A stretch of DNA of 52,980 nucleotides. It comes from a virus (taxonomy: Duplodnaviria; Caudoviricetes). Positions 1-8,031 of this stretch are shown piece by piece (within the stretch, counting starts at the first letter, position 1; the number at the start of each line of letters is the position of its first letter). The notes under the pieces are model-generated. The model searched no databases, had not been told where the DNA came from, and saw nothing but the letters and a program-made list of their open reading frames with translations. The DNA is taken from the IMG/VR virus record IMGVR_UViG_3300030104_002689, positions 1-52,980 of that record; one strand, written 5' to 3'. The translations under genes were made by a program, and so were the position numbers.

Positions 1-647
1 ATGCTAGTTTAAGACATACTATTACAGCAGGTGGTAGTGGAGAAGCATCTTTAGTTTTAACTGCTAATAATAGTACAGGTGATTCATTTGTAAGATGGGA
101 AACTAATGCAAACACCTTTTGTATGGGTCTTGACAATTCTGATAGCAATAAATTTATTTTAAGTGCAGGAAGCGACCCTCATTCTAATAGTGTAATAAAT
201 ATTCAGCCTGATGGTTCAAGTATAGCCATTGATAAGCCTGCAAGTTTTACAGATGTAATAGTAGGTGAAACAAATTCACATATTTCATATACAGCAGGTC
301 AAGCAACAAGCACAGTAACTGGTGGAGCTTTTCGTGCCCCAGGTTCTGATATGGTTACAGGAAGAATTTTTTTCCAAGGCTATCAAAATGGTGCAACTGA
401 TTTAGTAGGTATTAATAATGAATCAGATAAATTAGTAGTTTATAATTACACAGATAGTGCTTATATGTTAAAATTTGATCACGGTGGAAGTGCTGATTTT
501 ACAGGTAATGTTGGAATAAATGGCGATAGATATATGCTCATGGAAAGCGATGCTAACAAAGGATTTTTTGGTAAAGACGATTGGGCAACAAGTGGTGGAA
601 GTGCTGACAATGTAAATGTAGGCTCTTATAATGGTCAGGTTAAAATA
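1..647 (+). repeat. Imperfect direct repeat, copy 1 (matches 52352-52980)
   Basis: Manual alignment gives ~54 mismatches in the first 480 nt (~89%) and one 18-nt in-frame indel (GGSADF present here only). Confidence 0.95.
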
Positions 648-1124
648 ACAGCAGGAGCAGGTTCTAGCTCAACTTCTAATATTGTTTGCTTAACAAATAA
701 ATCAACACATTTTAATAGTTTTATTAATGTTGAAGGAGATGTACAACACAAGGCTTCGTCAGGAAGCGGAGTTACTGTTTATAAATTATGGCAACAAAAT
801 GGAGGATATACTGGAGATATTGACATTGTATGTACTGCAAGTGGTTGGAAAAGTTTTATTTATGATTTAGTAGTAATCGGTCATGGAGGCGGTGGAAATT
901 GGCGTGGATTCGCTTATCACAATGGAGGAATAACTCACGGTTATCAATCAATTAACAATAACAATGGTGCTGTAGGTTCTATGAGTTTAACTACATCAGG
1001 TCAAAGCATGACATTTTCAATTCCTCTTAGCTCTACACTTACTCATGTATTGATTGAATTTACACTTTCAACAGGAGGTGGAGACCTCATAACACAAGAC
1101 GATATAGCAATAAGTATAGATTAA
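3..1124 (+). CDS. Tail fibre / receptor-binding protein, C-terminal part (5'-truncated by window edge)
   Basis: Frame is open from nt 3 (ASLRHTITAGG...), upstream of the tracked ATG at 123. Gly/Ser/Thr/Asn-rich, with fibre-type GNVGI motifs. Homologous to the 3'-truncated ORF starting at 51919. Confidence 0.8.
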   Translation, partial: ASLRHTITAGGSGEASLVLTANNSTGDSFVRWETNANTFCMGLDNSDSNKFILSAGSDPHSNSVINIQPDGSSIAIDKPASFTDVIVGETNSHISYTAGQATSTVTGGAFRAPGSDMVTGRIFFQGYQNGATDLVGINNESDKLVVYNYTDSAYMLKFDHGGSADFTGNVGINGDRYMLMESDANKGFFGKDDWATSGGSADNVNVGSYNGQVKITAGAGSSSTSNIVCLTNKSTHFNSFINVEGDVQHKASSGSGVTVYKLWQQNGGYTGDIDIVCTASGWKSFIYDLVVIGHGGGGNWRGFAYHNGGITHGYQSINNNNGAVGSMSLTTSGQSMTFSIPLSSTLTHVLIEFTLSTGGGDLITQDDIAISID

Positions 1125-1125
1125 T

Positions 1126-3225
1126 ATGGCATTAACTAAGATTAAACTAGATACAATGGTAACAGGCAATTTGCCTGATGCTAATATTCCTAATAATATT
1201 ACTATTAGTAACGCAGGTACAGCTACTGCTCTTGAAACTGCTAGAACTATTAATGGAATTAGTTTTGATGGCTCAGCTAACATTACAGTTACTTCAGCAG
1301 CTGGAACATTAACAGGCAATACTTTAGCTAGTGGAGTAACTGCAAGTTCACTTACTTCAGTAGGCACTCTTGGCTCTTTAACAACTTCAGGTTCAACAGG
1401 TAGTAATTACATAGGTTCATTTACTAATACATCAGCAACAGGTTGGGGCTTATTTGTCAAAGGTGGTTCTGATAATGCAGACTACACATTAAGAGTACAA
1501 GACAAAGATGCAAATGATTTATTGTCAGTAAAATCAGGAGGTCGCACTGGTTTTGGTACGAATGATCCTGAAAGCATACTCCACGTTAAAACTTCAACTA
1601 ATACAAGTGAAAATATAAGAATACAAAACGATGATTCAATGACTACTATAGGTGTTTCATCTGATGGTTACTCATTCCATACATATCAGCATAGTTTGTA
1701 TTGGTCAAGTTGGGATGGTTCTAATTGGTCTACTAAAGCTAGATTAGATAATAATGGAAATTGGGCTATTGGTAGTGGCTCTACCGTTGATACTGATAAA
1801 TTTTACATTACTGATGGTGCTTCTCCTTATGGTGGTGCTAATAGAATGATTCAATTAAAAAGAAATGCAACAAATGGAAATGATTCAAGTTCTTTTTGCT
1901 CTATTTTATTTGGTAACAATTCTAATGGATTTACTATTGGTTACGGAGGAACTACAGATAGATTTAGATTTAATGATGGAGGTGGCGTAGAAAGATTTAC
2001 GATTGTTAATGGTGGAGACGTTGGTATTAACGATACTGCACCTTCAACTGCATTAACAAGCTTTGGTTCTGCTTCAAGAGGTTTATCTATAAAAAATCAA
2101 CAACCTACTATTTCATTTACAGATTCAGATGTTACAAAAAGAGCGCATATTGCATTTGAAGGAGGTTCAAGGCAATTATATCTTTCAAGTCCAGAATCTG
2201 ATGGTATAATAACATTCCAAACAGGTGGATTTAACGAAAGGATGCGTATTTTAGCTGAACGTAAAATTGCTATGTTTGGCACATCAATTCCACAAAACTT
2301 TGGTGATGCAAGAGGACATCTTTTAATATCTTCAGAAGATAATGCAGGTGCTAATAACTACGCTGTATTACAACTACAAGGACATACTATAAACAATGAT
2401 GGTTCTTTAGGTGCTATACATTTTTATGACCATAATAGTAGTAATGCGTCTATTCAAGCAAACAGACAGAATAATAGTGGTAGTGCTAAACTTATGTTTT
2501 CTACATCAGAGTCAGGTGGAAGTAAAAAAACTAGAATGACTATTTTTGACGCAGGTTCTGTTTTAATAGATAATGATAATAGTGGTTCACCTGCTCAGCT
2601 TACAGTGCAAAATGATGGAAGTACAGGATGGTTAGGTACTTGGTTAGTTTTAAATAGTAAAAATCATTCTAATCGTGGTGCAGGTGTAACAATGCACAAT
2701 CAAGCTGCTGACAAAGGATTCTTTACAGGATGTCGTTATCAATCAGGATTTGAGAGGTGGAGTATATGTTTTGAAGGAAGAAATTACGCAGACCAAACAA
2801 CTGCTGATTCTGACCATGAAGTATTGCACGTAAACTATGATGGTGCAGCTTACAACGACCAAAATACATGGGGTTCATCATCTGACGAAAGAATTAAAAA
2901 TAGTATTGTAGATTCAAATTCTCAATGGGATGATATAAAATCATTAAAAATTAAAAATTATAAACTTACTAAACATGGAAAAGATGCTTCAACTTTAATA
3001 GGTGTTATTGCACAAGATTTAGAAAAGTCAGGAATGAATGGTCTTGTAGATGAAACAGAAGCTGATGAATTGCAAATAGCAAGATACGAAGATATAAATG
3101 AAGGAGATAAAATTAAATCTGTTAAATATAGCGTACTTTACATGAAAGCTATTAAAGCTTTACAAGAAGCTATGGAAAAAATAGAAACCTTAGAAACTAA
3201 AGTAGAAGCATTGGAGAACGCATAA
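1126..3225 (+). CDS. Tail fibre with C-terminal intramolecular chaperone (peptidase S74-like)
   Basis: TATALETARTINGISFDGSANIT fibre motif and repeated GxxGxxTxxP units. C-terminus reads SSDERIK...GVIAQDL...YSVLYMKAIKALQE followed by a coiled coil. Confidence 0.88.
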   Translation: MALTKIKLDTMVTGNLPDANIPNNITISNAGTATALETARTINGISFDGSANITVTSAAGTLTGNTLASGVTASSLTSVGTLGSLTTSGSTGSNYIGSFTNTSATGWGLFVKGGSDNADYTLRVQDKDANDLLSVKSGGRTGFGTNDPESILHVKTSTNTSENIRIQNDDSMTTIGVSSDGYSFHTYQHSLYWSSWDGSNWSTKARLDNNGNWAIGSGSTVDTDKFYITDGASPYGGANRMIQLKRNATNGNDSSSFCSILFGNNSNGFTIGYGGTTDRFRFNDGGGVERFTIVNGGDVGINDTAPSTALTSFGSASRGLSIKNQQPTISFTDSDVTKRAHIAFEGGSRQLYLSSPESDGIITFQTGGFNERMRILAERKIAMFGTSIPQNFGDARGHLLISSEDNAGANNYAVLQLQGHTINNDGSLGAIHFYDHNSSNASIQANRQNNSGSAKLMFSTSESGGSKKTRMTIFDAGSVLIDNDNSGSPAQLTVQNDGSTGWLGTWLVLNSKNHSNRGAGVTMHNQAADKGFFTGCRYQSGFERWSICFEGRNYADQTTADSDHEVLHVNYDGAAYNDQNTWGSSSDERIKNSIVDSNSQWDDIKSLKIKNYKLTKHGKDASTLIGVIAQDLEKSGMNGLVDETEADELQIARYEDINEGDKIKSVKYSVLYMKAIKALQEAMEKIETLETKVEALENA

Positions 3226-5093
3226 TGCCTTATCTTGGACATTCACCAACTAACGCTGGAAGTTTCATTGAAATTGATGATTACGGATCTTCTTTCAATG
3301 GAAGCACAACAGCTTTTACCTTACAAGTAGGTGGTGTAGATGTAACACCTAATGCTCAAAACTTATTAGTTATGATAGATGGTGTTATGCAAATGCCAGG
3401 TAGTGCATATAGTGTTTCTGGTAGTACTATTACATATACAGAAGCACCAGCTAACGGAGCAGATTCTTATGTAGTTCTTATGGGTCAATCGGCTAGTATT
3501 GGTCAAGGTACAATAGGTGCCGATGAATTAAAAATAACAGGTAATGGTTCAAGTGGACAACTCTTATCTACAGATGGGGATGGTACTTTTAGTTACCTAT
3601 CAACTACAAGCATTACTTCAGTAGGTACAATAGGTACAGGTGTCTGGCAAGGGACTGCTATCGCTTCTGCTTATCTTGATGCAGACACAGCTCATCTTTC
3701 AGGTACGCAAACATTTAGTGGTGCTAAAACATTTACAGGTGGATTAACAATAGATCCAAGTGGTGATAATTATGTAACTATGACAAGTGGGGCAACTGAT
3801 GCTAATTTAGGATTTTTATTTAAAAACTCATCTAATGCTCAAAAAGGTTTTGTATTATTTGATTCCGATGATTCTATACTAACACTTGATTCTGATGGTG
3901 TAATTAGGCTTGATGCAGATGGTGGTCAAATACAATTCTTAGATGGTGGTACTGAAATTGGTGTTCTTGAAAATAGTAGTTCTGATTTTATAATAGAATC
4001 AAAAGTGCAAGACAAAGATATACTGTTTAGAGGTAATGATGGTGGTACAGGCATAGAGCTTATGCGAATGAATATGTCAGGAGCTAATATAGGAATAAGC
4101 ACAGGAAATAGTATTGGTGCAAAACTTCACGTTGCTGACAATAGAAGCACAGCTTATAGCAGTACAGGAGAACCTGCTGAAACTATTATTGCACATAACA
4201 AAAATGGTACTGATAATAGTGGTGTAAATAATTACGCATCACTATCATTCCAAGTAGCAGATGGAGCTACATCTCAAGGATTTATAAATTATGTAAGAAC
4301 TGGTAATAATACTGGAGATTTTACATTTTCTCAAAGAACTGGTAGTTCAAGCTATGCAGAGGCTATGCGTATTTCATCTGATGGTAAAATAGGTATAAAC
4401 CACACCACACCACAATTTGGCTTAACTTTAGCTCAAGGCAATACAGATAAAGAGGCAATAGGATGGGAAGATGCAAGTAATACCAAAAGAGCATCTATTT
4501 ACACATCAACTTCAGATGATTTCTTAACTTTTAATGTTGCAGGTGGAGACAGAATGAAGTTAGGTAGTAATTCAAGTAATTGGACTTTGCAACTTACAGG
4601 CAACAGCCCTTATGGGATGCAAATAACAACTACTGCGTCTAACTCATCTTCACATGATATGTTTGTAGTAAAAAGAGGAGATGGAACAAAATGTTTTGAA
4701 ATTTTTGGAGATGGTAATGTTTATGGTGTAAATGAATTTATTTCTGATAGGGGCTTTAGAAGTAAAGGAACATCAGGAGCTGCTCCCACAGGCGATGACC
4801 ATCATAATGTACCTATTAAAATGGTAGCATATAGAAAGACTGTTTCTTCAACCGATGTTAGTAATGGATATATTGATTTTGATACAGATATATATAGAGA
4901 TAATATAATTAGTGGAATAACAAATCATTTTGGAGCAGCAGCTACTAATGTTAATAACATAGGGTATAATCCAGGATATGGACATTCATTGCATTTTTAT
5001 GCAGGTGGAGGTTGTCGTCTTTATTTTGGGGGCAGTGTAGTGCAAAATGATAAAATGGGTATAGTTTTATTCTTTCACGGGAGTACAGGCTAA
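3225..5093 (+). CDS. Tail fibre / receptor-binding protein
   Basis: MPYLG N-terminus and FNGSTTAFTL...DGVMQMP...YSVSGSTIT motif typical of marine phage fibres; ExMRI-xxxG-xIGI repeats. Confidence 0.8.
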   Translation: MPYLGHSPTNAGSFIEIDDYGSSFNGSTTAFTLQVGGVDVTPNAQNLLVMIDGVMQMPGSAYSVSGSTITYTEAPANGADSYVVLMGQSASIGQGTIGADELKITGNGSSGQLLSTDGDGTFSYLSTTSITSVGTIGTGVWQGTAIASAYLDADTAHLSGTQTFSGAKTFTGGLTIDPSGDNYVTMTSGATDANLGFLFKNSSNAQKGFVLFDSDDSILTLDSDGVIRLDADGGQIQFLDGGTEIGVLENSSSDFIIESKVQDKDILFRGNDGGTGIELMRMNMSGANIGISTGNSIGAKLHVADNRSTAYSSTGEPAETIIAHNKNGTDNSGVNNYASLSFQVADGATSQGFINYVRTGNNTGDFTFSQRTGSSSYAEAMRISSDGKIGINHTTPQFGLTLAQGNTDKEAIGWEDASNTKRASIYTSTSDDFLTFNVAGGDRMKLGSNSSNWTLQLTGNSPYGMQITTTASNSSSHDMFVVKRGDGTKCFEIFGDGNVYGVNEFISDRGFRSKGTSGAAPTGDDHHNVPIKMVAYRKTVSSTDVSNGYIDFDTDIYRDNIISGITNHFGAAATNVNNIGYNPGYGHSLHFYAGGGCRLYFGGSVVQNDKMGIVLFFHGSTG

Positions 5094-5365
5094 TGCGTAA
5101 AAAATTAAACGAATGGGCAGATGCAAGCAAAGTATTGCACGGATTAGTATTGATCGGATTTGCTATAGCATTTATGGTAAGTATATTAAGCTGTGAAGAT
5201 GATTTTCACATAGGTAAATCAGAAGAAGAAATTAAAACAGAATTATATCAAACTATGTTTGAAGTTGATAGCATTTTATTAAGAATAAAATATCAATTAG
5301 ACACTACTGATATAGATGGTACGTTTTATTTAAATGCTCAAAGAATTAACAATGGTAGTAATTAG
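5093..5365 (+). CDS. Putative lipoprotein
   Basis: Basic N-terminus, hydrophobic stretch, then lipobox-like ILS-C followed by EDD. Confidence 0.55.
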   Translation: MRKKLNEWADASKVLHGLVLIGFAIAFMVSILSCEDDFHIGKSEEEIKTELYQTMFEVDSILLRIKYQLDTTDIDGTFYLNAQRINNGSN

Positions 5366-5417
5366 AATTGCTTTCATTGTTATAGTATGGATAATAATAA
5401 TAACAATAAACCAATAG
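5352..5417 (+). CDS. Putative 21-aa transmembrane micropeptide MVVIRIAFIVIVWIIIITINQ
   Basis: Not in the ORF track. Overlaps the upstream stop, and its TAG abuts the GGAG RBS of the next gene. Confidence 0.4.
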   Translation: MVVIRIAFIVIVWIIIITINQ

Positions 5418-5425
5418 GAGATATT

Positions 5426-5605
5426 GTGGCATCATTAAAAGAAAAACTAGAAGAATTAACTAAGCAGTATAAAGAGGTTTCTGAGCAAGCAGCTCAAACC
5501 AATACTATGAAAGTTAAATTGGAAGGTGCAATTGAAATGACACAAATGCTAATTCAAGAAGAAGAAGCATCGAAGGAAGATAAGAAAGACGATAAGAAAA
5601 AATAA
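5426..5605 (+). CDS. Small coiled-coil protein
   Basis: In frame with tracked ORF 5387-5605. GTG at 5426 follows GGAG and is the likelier start. Confidence 0.65.
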   Translation: MASLKEKLEELTKQYKEVSEQAAQTNTMKVKLEGAIEMTQMLIQEEEASKEDKKDDKKK

Positions 5606-5832
5606 TGTCAAACGTTCAACAACAGCGAGAAGAAATGTTAAAGATGGTTACAGAAACTCGTGCCTATCAAAAAACTATTTTTAAAAAGTTAGATAGGATT
5701 GAAGAACATTTGGCAAAACAAAATGGCAGGATTAATAATTTAGAAAAATCGCAGTCGGTAGTAAAAGGTATAGGTTTAACTTTTTCTGTTATTTTTTCTG
5801 CCATATTAGCAATCATAAAAGGAGAACAATAA
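5605..5832 (+). CDS. Holin/XhlA-like membrane protein
   Basis: Coiled coil (QNGRINNLE) plus one C-terminal TM helix; lies upstream of the endolysin. Confidence 0.55.
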   Translation: MSNVQQQREEMLKMVTETRAYQKTIFKKLDRIEEHLAKQNGRINNLEKSQSVVKGIGLTFSVIFSAILAIIKGEQ

Positions 5833-5833
5833 T

Positions 5834-6067
5834 ATGGATTCATTAATGATTATACTAGGTGTAGTTGCAGCTATTTGTGGCTCATTAGTTGGCATTGTAT
5901 CTGTTCAGAATCGAAAACTTATTGTTGAATTTCAAGAGTTGGCAGAGGTATTGAAGGAAGCCCTAGAAGACAAACAGATTACTAAAGATGAAATGAAAGA
6001 AATTATGGCTGAAGTAATTGATGTTGTAGATGCTCTAAAGGAATCAACATGGCTTTTCAAGAAATAG
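5834..6067 (+). CDS. Membrane protein, possible holin
   Basis: N-terminal TM helix, AAGGAG RBS, overlaps the lysin start. Confidence 0.55.
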   Translation: MDSLMIILGVVAAICGSLVGIVSVQNRKLIVEFQELAEVLKEALEDKQITKDEMKEIMAEVIDVVDALKESTWLFKK

Positions 6068-6519
6068 TAGAACGAGTAATAGAACGTGAAGGGGGTTATG
6101 TAAATCACCCTAATGACCCTGGAGCGGAAACTAACATGGGTATATCTATTAAAGCTCACCCTAAAGAAGATATTAAAAATCTTACTAAAAAAAGAGCTAT
6201 AGAGATATATCATCGTTACTACTGGATACCAAGTAAAGCATCACAGTTGCCCAATAAATTACAAGAAACATATTTTGATATGGCAGTAAATATGGGAACA
6301 TCTCGTGCTGTTAAAATATTGCAAGAGGCTTGTAATTCGAAAGGATGCAAATTAGTTGTAGATGGTAGAATAGGACCAAAAACAATGAAAGCATCAAAAA
6401 AAATAAACAAATCAAGACTGCAAGTATACAGAATATTGTATTACACAGATCTTATAAGAAGAAGAAAATCATTAAAGGTGTTTATAGTTGGTTGGATTAG
6501 AAGGGCTATGGAAGCATGA
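6049..6519 (+). CDS. Endolysin, glycoside hydrolase family 108 with peptidoglycan-binding C-terminus
   Basis: EGGYVNHPNDPGAETNMGI motif, FDMAVNMG, VDGRIGPKT, GWIRR. Confidence 0.92.
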   Translation: MAFQEIVERVIEREGGYVNHPNDPGAETNMGISIKAHPKEDIKNLTKKRAIEIYHRYYWIPSKASQLPNKLQETYFDMAVNMGTSRAVKILQEACNSKGCKLVVDGRIGPKTMKASKKINKSRLQVYRILYYTDLIRRRKSLKVFIVGWIRRAMEA

Positions 6520-7280
6520 TTACTAAAAGAGCTATTGTAATACCAGACCAGCATTTTCCATTGCACGACCAACCTGCTATTAATGTAACCTTACAAGCTA
6601 TGGAAATAATTAAACCAGATATTTTTATCAATCTGGGTGATGTTGGTGAATGGAGTAGTGTTTCAGCTTGGCAATGGAAAGGTAAAAAACAACCTCCTCT
6701 TGAATATCAACTTCCATTTATTAAAGAAGAAATAGAACAAGTAAATGAAGGCATAGATCAATTTGATAAAGTGTTAAATAAAATAAAATGCAAAGAAAGG
6801 TATATTTTAGCAGGAAATCATGATGAATGGTTAACATATGGTTTTTGTGAAAGATACCCTTATATGAAAGACTATACATTTAGAAAGGCTTGTAGATGGG
6901 ATGAAAGAGGATATAAATATTACTCATACAATCAACCCCTTAAATTGGGTAAGGTCAACTTTATTCACGGAGCATATGCAACAACGTACCACGCTAAGAA
7001 ACATCTTGAGGCTTATGGTAGTAATATTATCTACGGGCATACTCATGATATACAACGTCATTCTACTACTAAGCTTGACAGTGGAACGATTGGTGCATGG
7101 AGTATGGGCTGCCTTAAAGATATGAGTCCTAGTAAAAATAAATGGCTAAAAGGTAGACTTCATAACTGGAATCATGCTTTTGGTATTGTAGACTTTTTTA
7201 AAGGTGGCAATTTTAAAGTTGAAGTTGTAGAAATAGTTAAAGGAGTTACCTCTTTATGGGGAGAAAGGATTGAAGGTTAG
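6516..7280 (+). CDS. Calcineurin-like metallophosphoesterase
   Basis: DxH (PDQH), NLGD, GNHD, HG and GHTH motifs in canonical order. Confidence 0.9.
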   Translation: MITKRAIVIPDQHFPLHDQPAINVTLQAMEIIKPDIFINLGDVGEWSSVSAWQWKGKKQPPLEYQLPFIKEEIEQVNEGIDQFDKVLNKIKCKERYILAGNHDEWLTYGFCERYPYMKDYTFRKACRWDERGYKYYSYNQPLKLGKVNFIHGAYATTYHAKKHLEAYGSNIIYGHTHDIQRHSTTKLDSGTIGAWSMGCLKDMSPSKNKWLKGRLHNWNHAFGIVDFFKGGNFKVEVVEIVKGVTSLWGERIEG

Positions 7281-7282
7281 TT

Positions 7283-7447
7283 ATGGCATACGAAAAATAT
7301 GAAGAAACTGAAGATATTATTGATTGGGATGCTGTTGCTAAACAACCATTGTATTATAGAAATGCAATAGCAAAAGGAAAAAGAAAACCACCAACAAAAA
7401 AAATAATACGTAAGGGTAAGCGTAGAGAGGAAAATAAAAATGCCTAG
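7283..7447 (+). CDS. Small protein (54 aa, MAYEKYEETED...)
   Basis: Not in track. Fills the gap between coupled genes; acidic N-half and basic C-half. Confidence 0.55.
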   Translation: MAYEKYEETEDIIDWDAVAKQPLYYRNAIAKGKRKPPTKKIIRKGKRREENKNA

Positions 7448-7613
7448 AGCAAAGAAAAAAGGTTTATACGCAAATATTCATGCTAAACGTAAACGCATAA
7501 AAGCTGGTTCTGGTGAAAAAATGAGAAAACCAGGAACTAAAGGTGCGCCTACTAAAGCACAATTTAAAAGAGCAGCTAAAACTGCTAAAAAAAGAACAAG
7601 GAAAAGAAGATAA
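7440..7613 (+). CDS. Small very basic protein (57 aa, MPRAKKKGLYANIHAKRKRIKAGSGEKMRKPG...)
   Basis: Not in track. GAGG RBS and TAATG coupling to the next gene; I recognise this motif as recurrent in aquatic phages. Confidence 0.8.
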   Translation: MPRAKKKGLYANIHAKRKRIKAGSGEKMRKPGTKGAPTKAQFKRAAKTAKKRTRKRR

Positions 7614-7879
7614 TGGCTAAATCACCTGCATGGCAACGTAAAGAAGGAAAATCACCCAGTGGTGGATTAAATGCTAAAGGTAGGGCTAGTTACAAAGGTG
7701 GTACGTTAAAAGCACCTGTAACTCAAAAAAATCCTAAAGGTAAAGCTAAATCTAGACGTGCATCATTTTGTGCTAGAATGTGTGGAATGAAAAAACGACT
7801 TACTGGCAAAAAAACAGCAAATGATCCAAACTCTAGAATAAATAAAGCGTTAAGAAAATGGAGATGTAAATGTCGTTAG
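7613..7879 (+). CDS. Basic phage protein (DUF6321-like)
   Basis: AWQRKEGK..SGGLNAKGRASY...RRASFCARM...SRINKALRKW.C pattern. Confidence 0.75.
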   Translation: MAKSPAWQRKEGKSPSGGLNAKGRASYKGGTLKAPVTQKNPKGKAKSRRASFCARMCGMKKRLTGKKTANDPNSRINKALRKWRCKCR

Positions 7880-8031
7880 AGACTGAGCAACAAGAGCAAA
7901 GACGCATAGAAGATGAAATTATTGACAACTTTAATTATCAAGAAGCTGAATCATTTATGGATTTAGTTGATTACGATGAGGAATATATAGAAAAAGATGC
8001 CGAAGAAAAGTATAGAAATAAATCCGTTTGA
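7870..8031 (+). CDS. Small acidic protein (53 aa, MSLETEQQEQ...)
   Basis: Not in track. GGAG upstream, overlaps both neighbours, D/E-rich. Confidence 0.5.
   Translation: MSLETEQQEQRRIEDEIIDNFNYQEAESFMDLVDYDEEYIEKDAEEKYRNKSV

Noticed and set aside
1-647. Diversity-generating retroelement (TR/VR pair) with 52352-52980
   Set aside because: Differences are not adenine-specific, many are synonymous, there is an indel, and no reverse transcriptase is present.
5387-5425. MDNNNNNK N-terminal extension / AAT microsatellite
   Set aside because: A better start is GTG 5426 after GGAG; the ATA run is explained by Ile codons of the overlapping micro-ORF.
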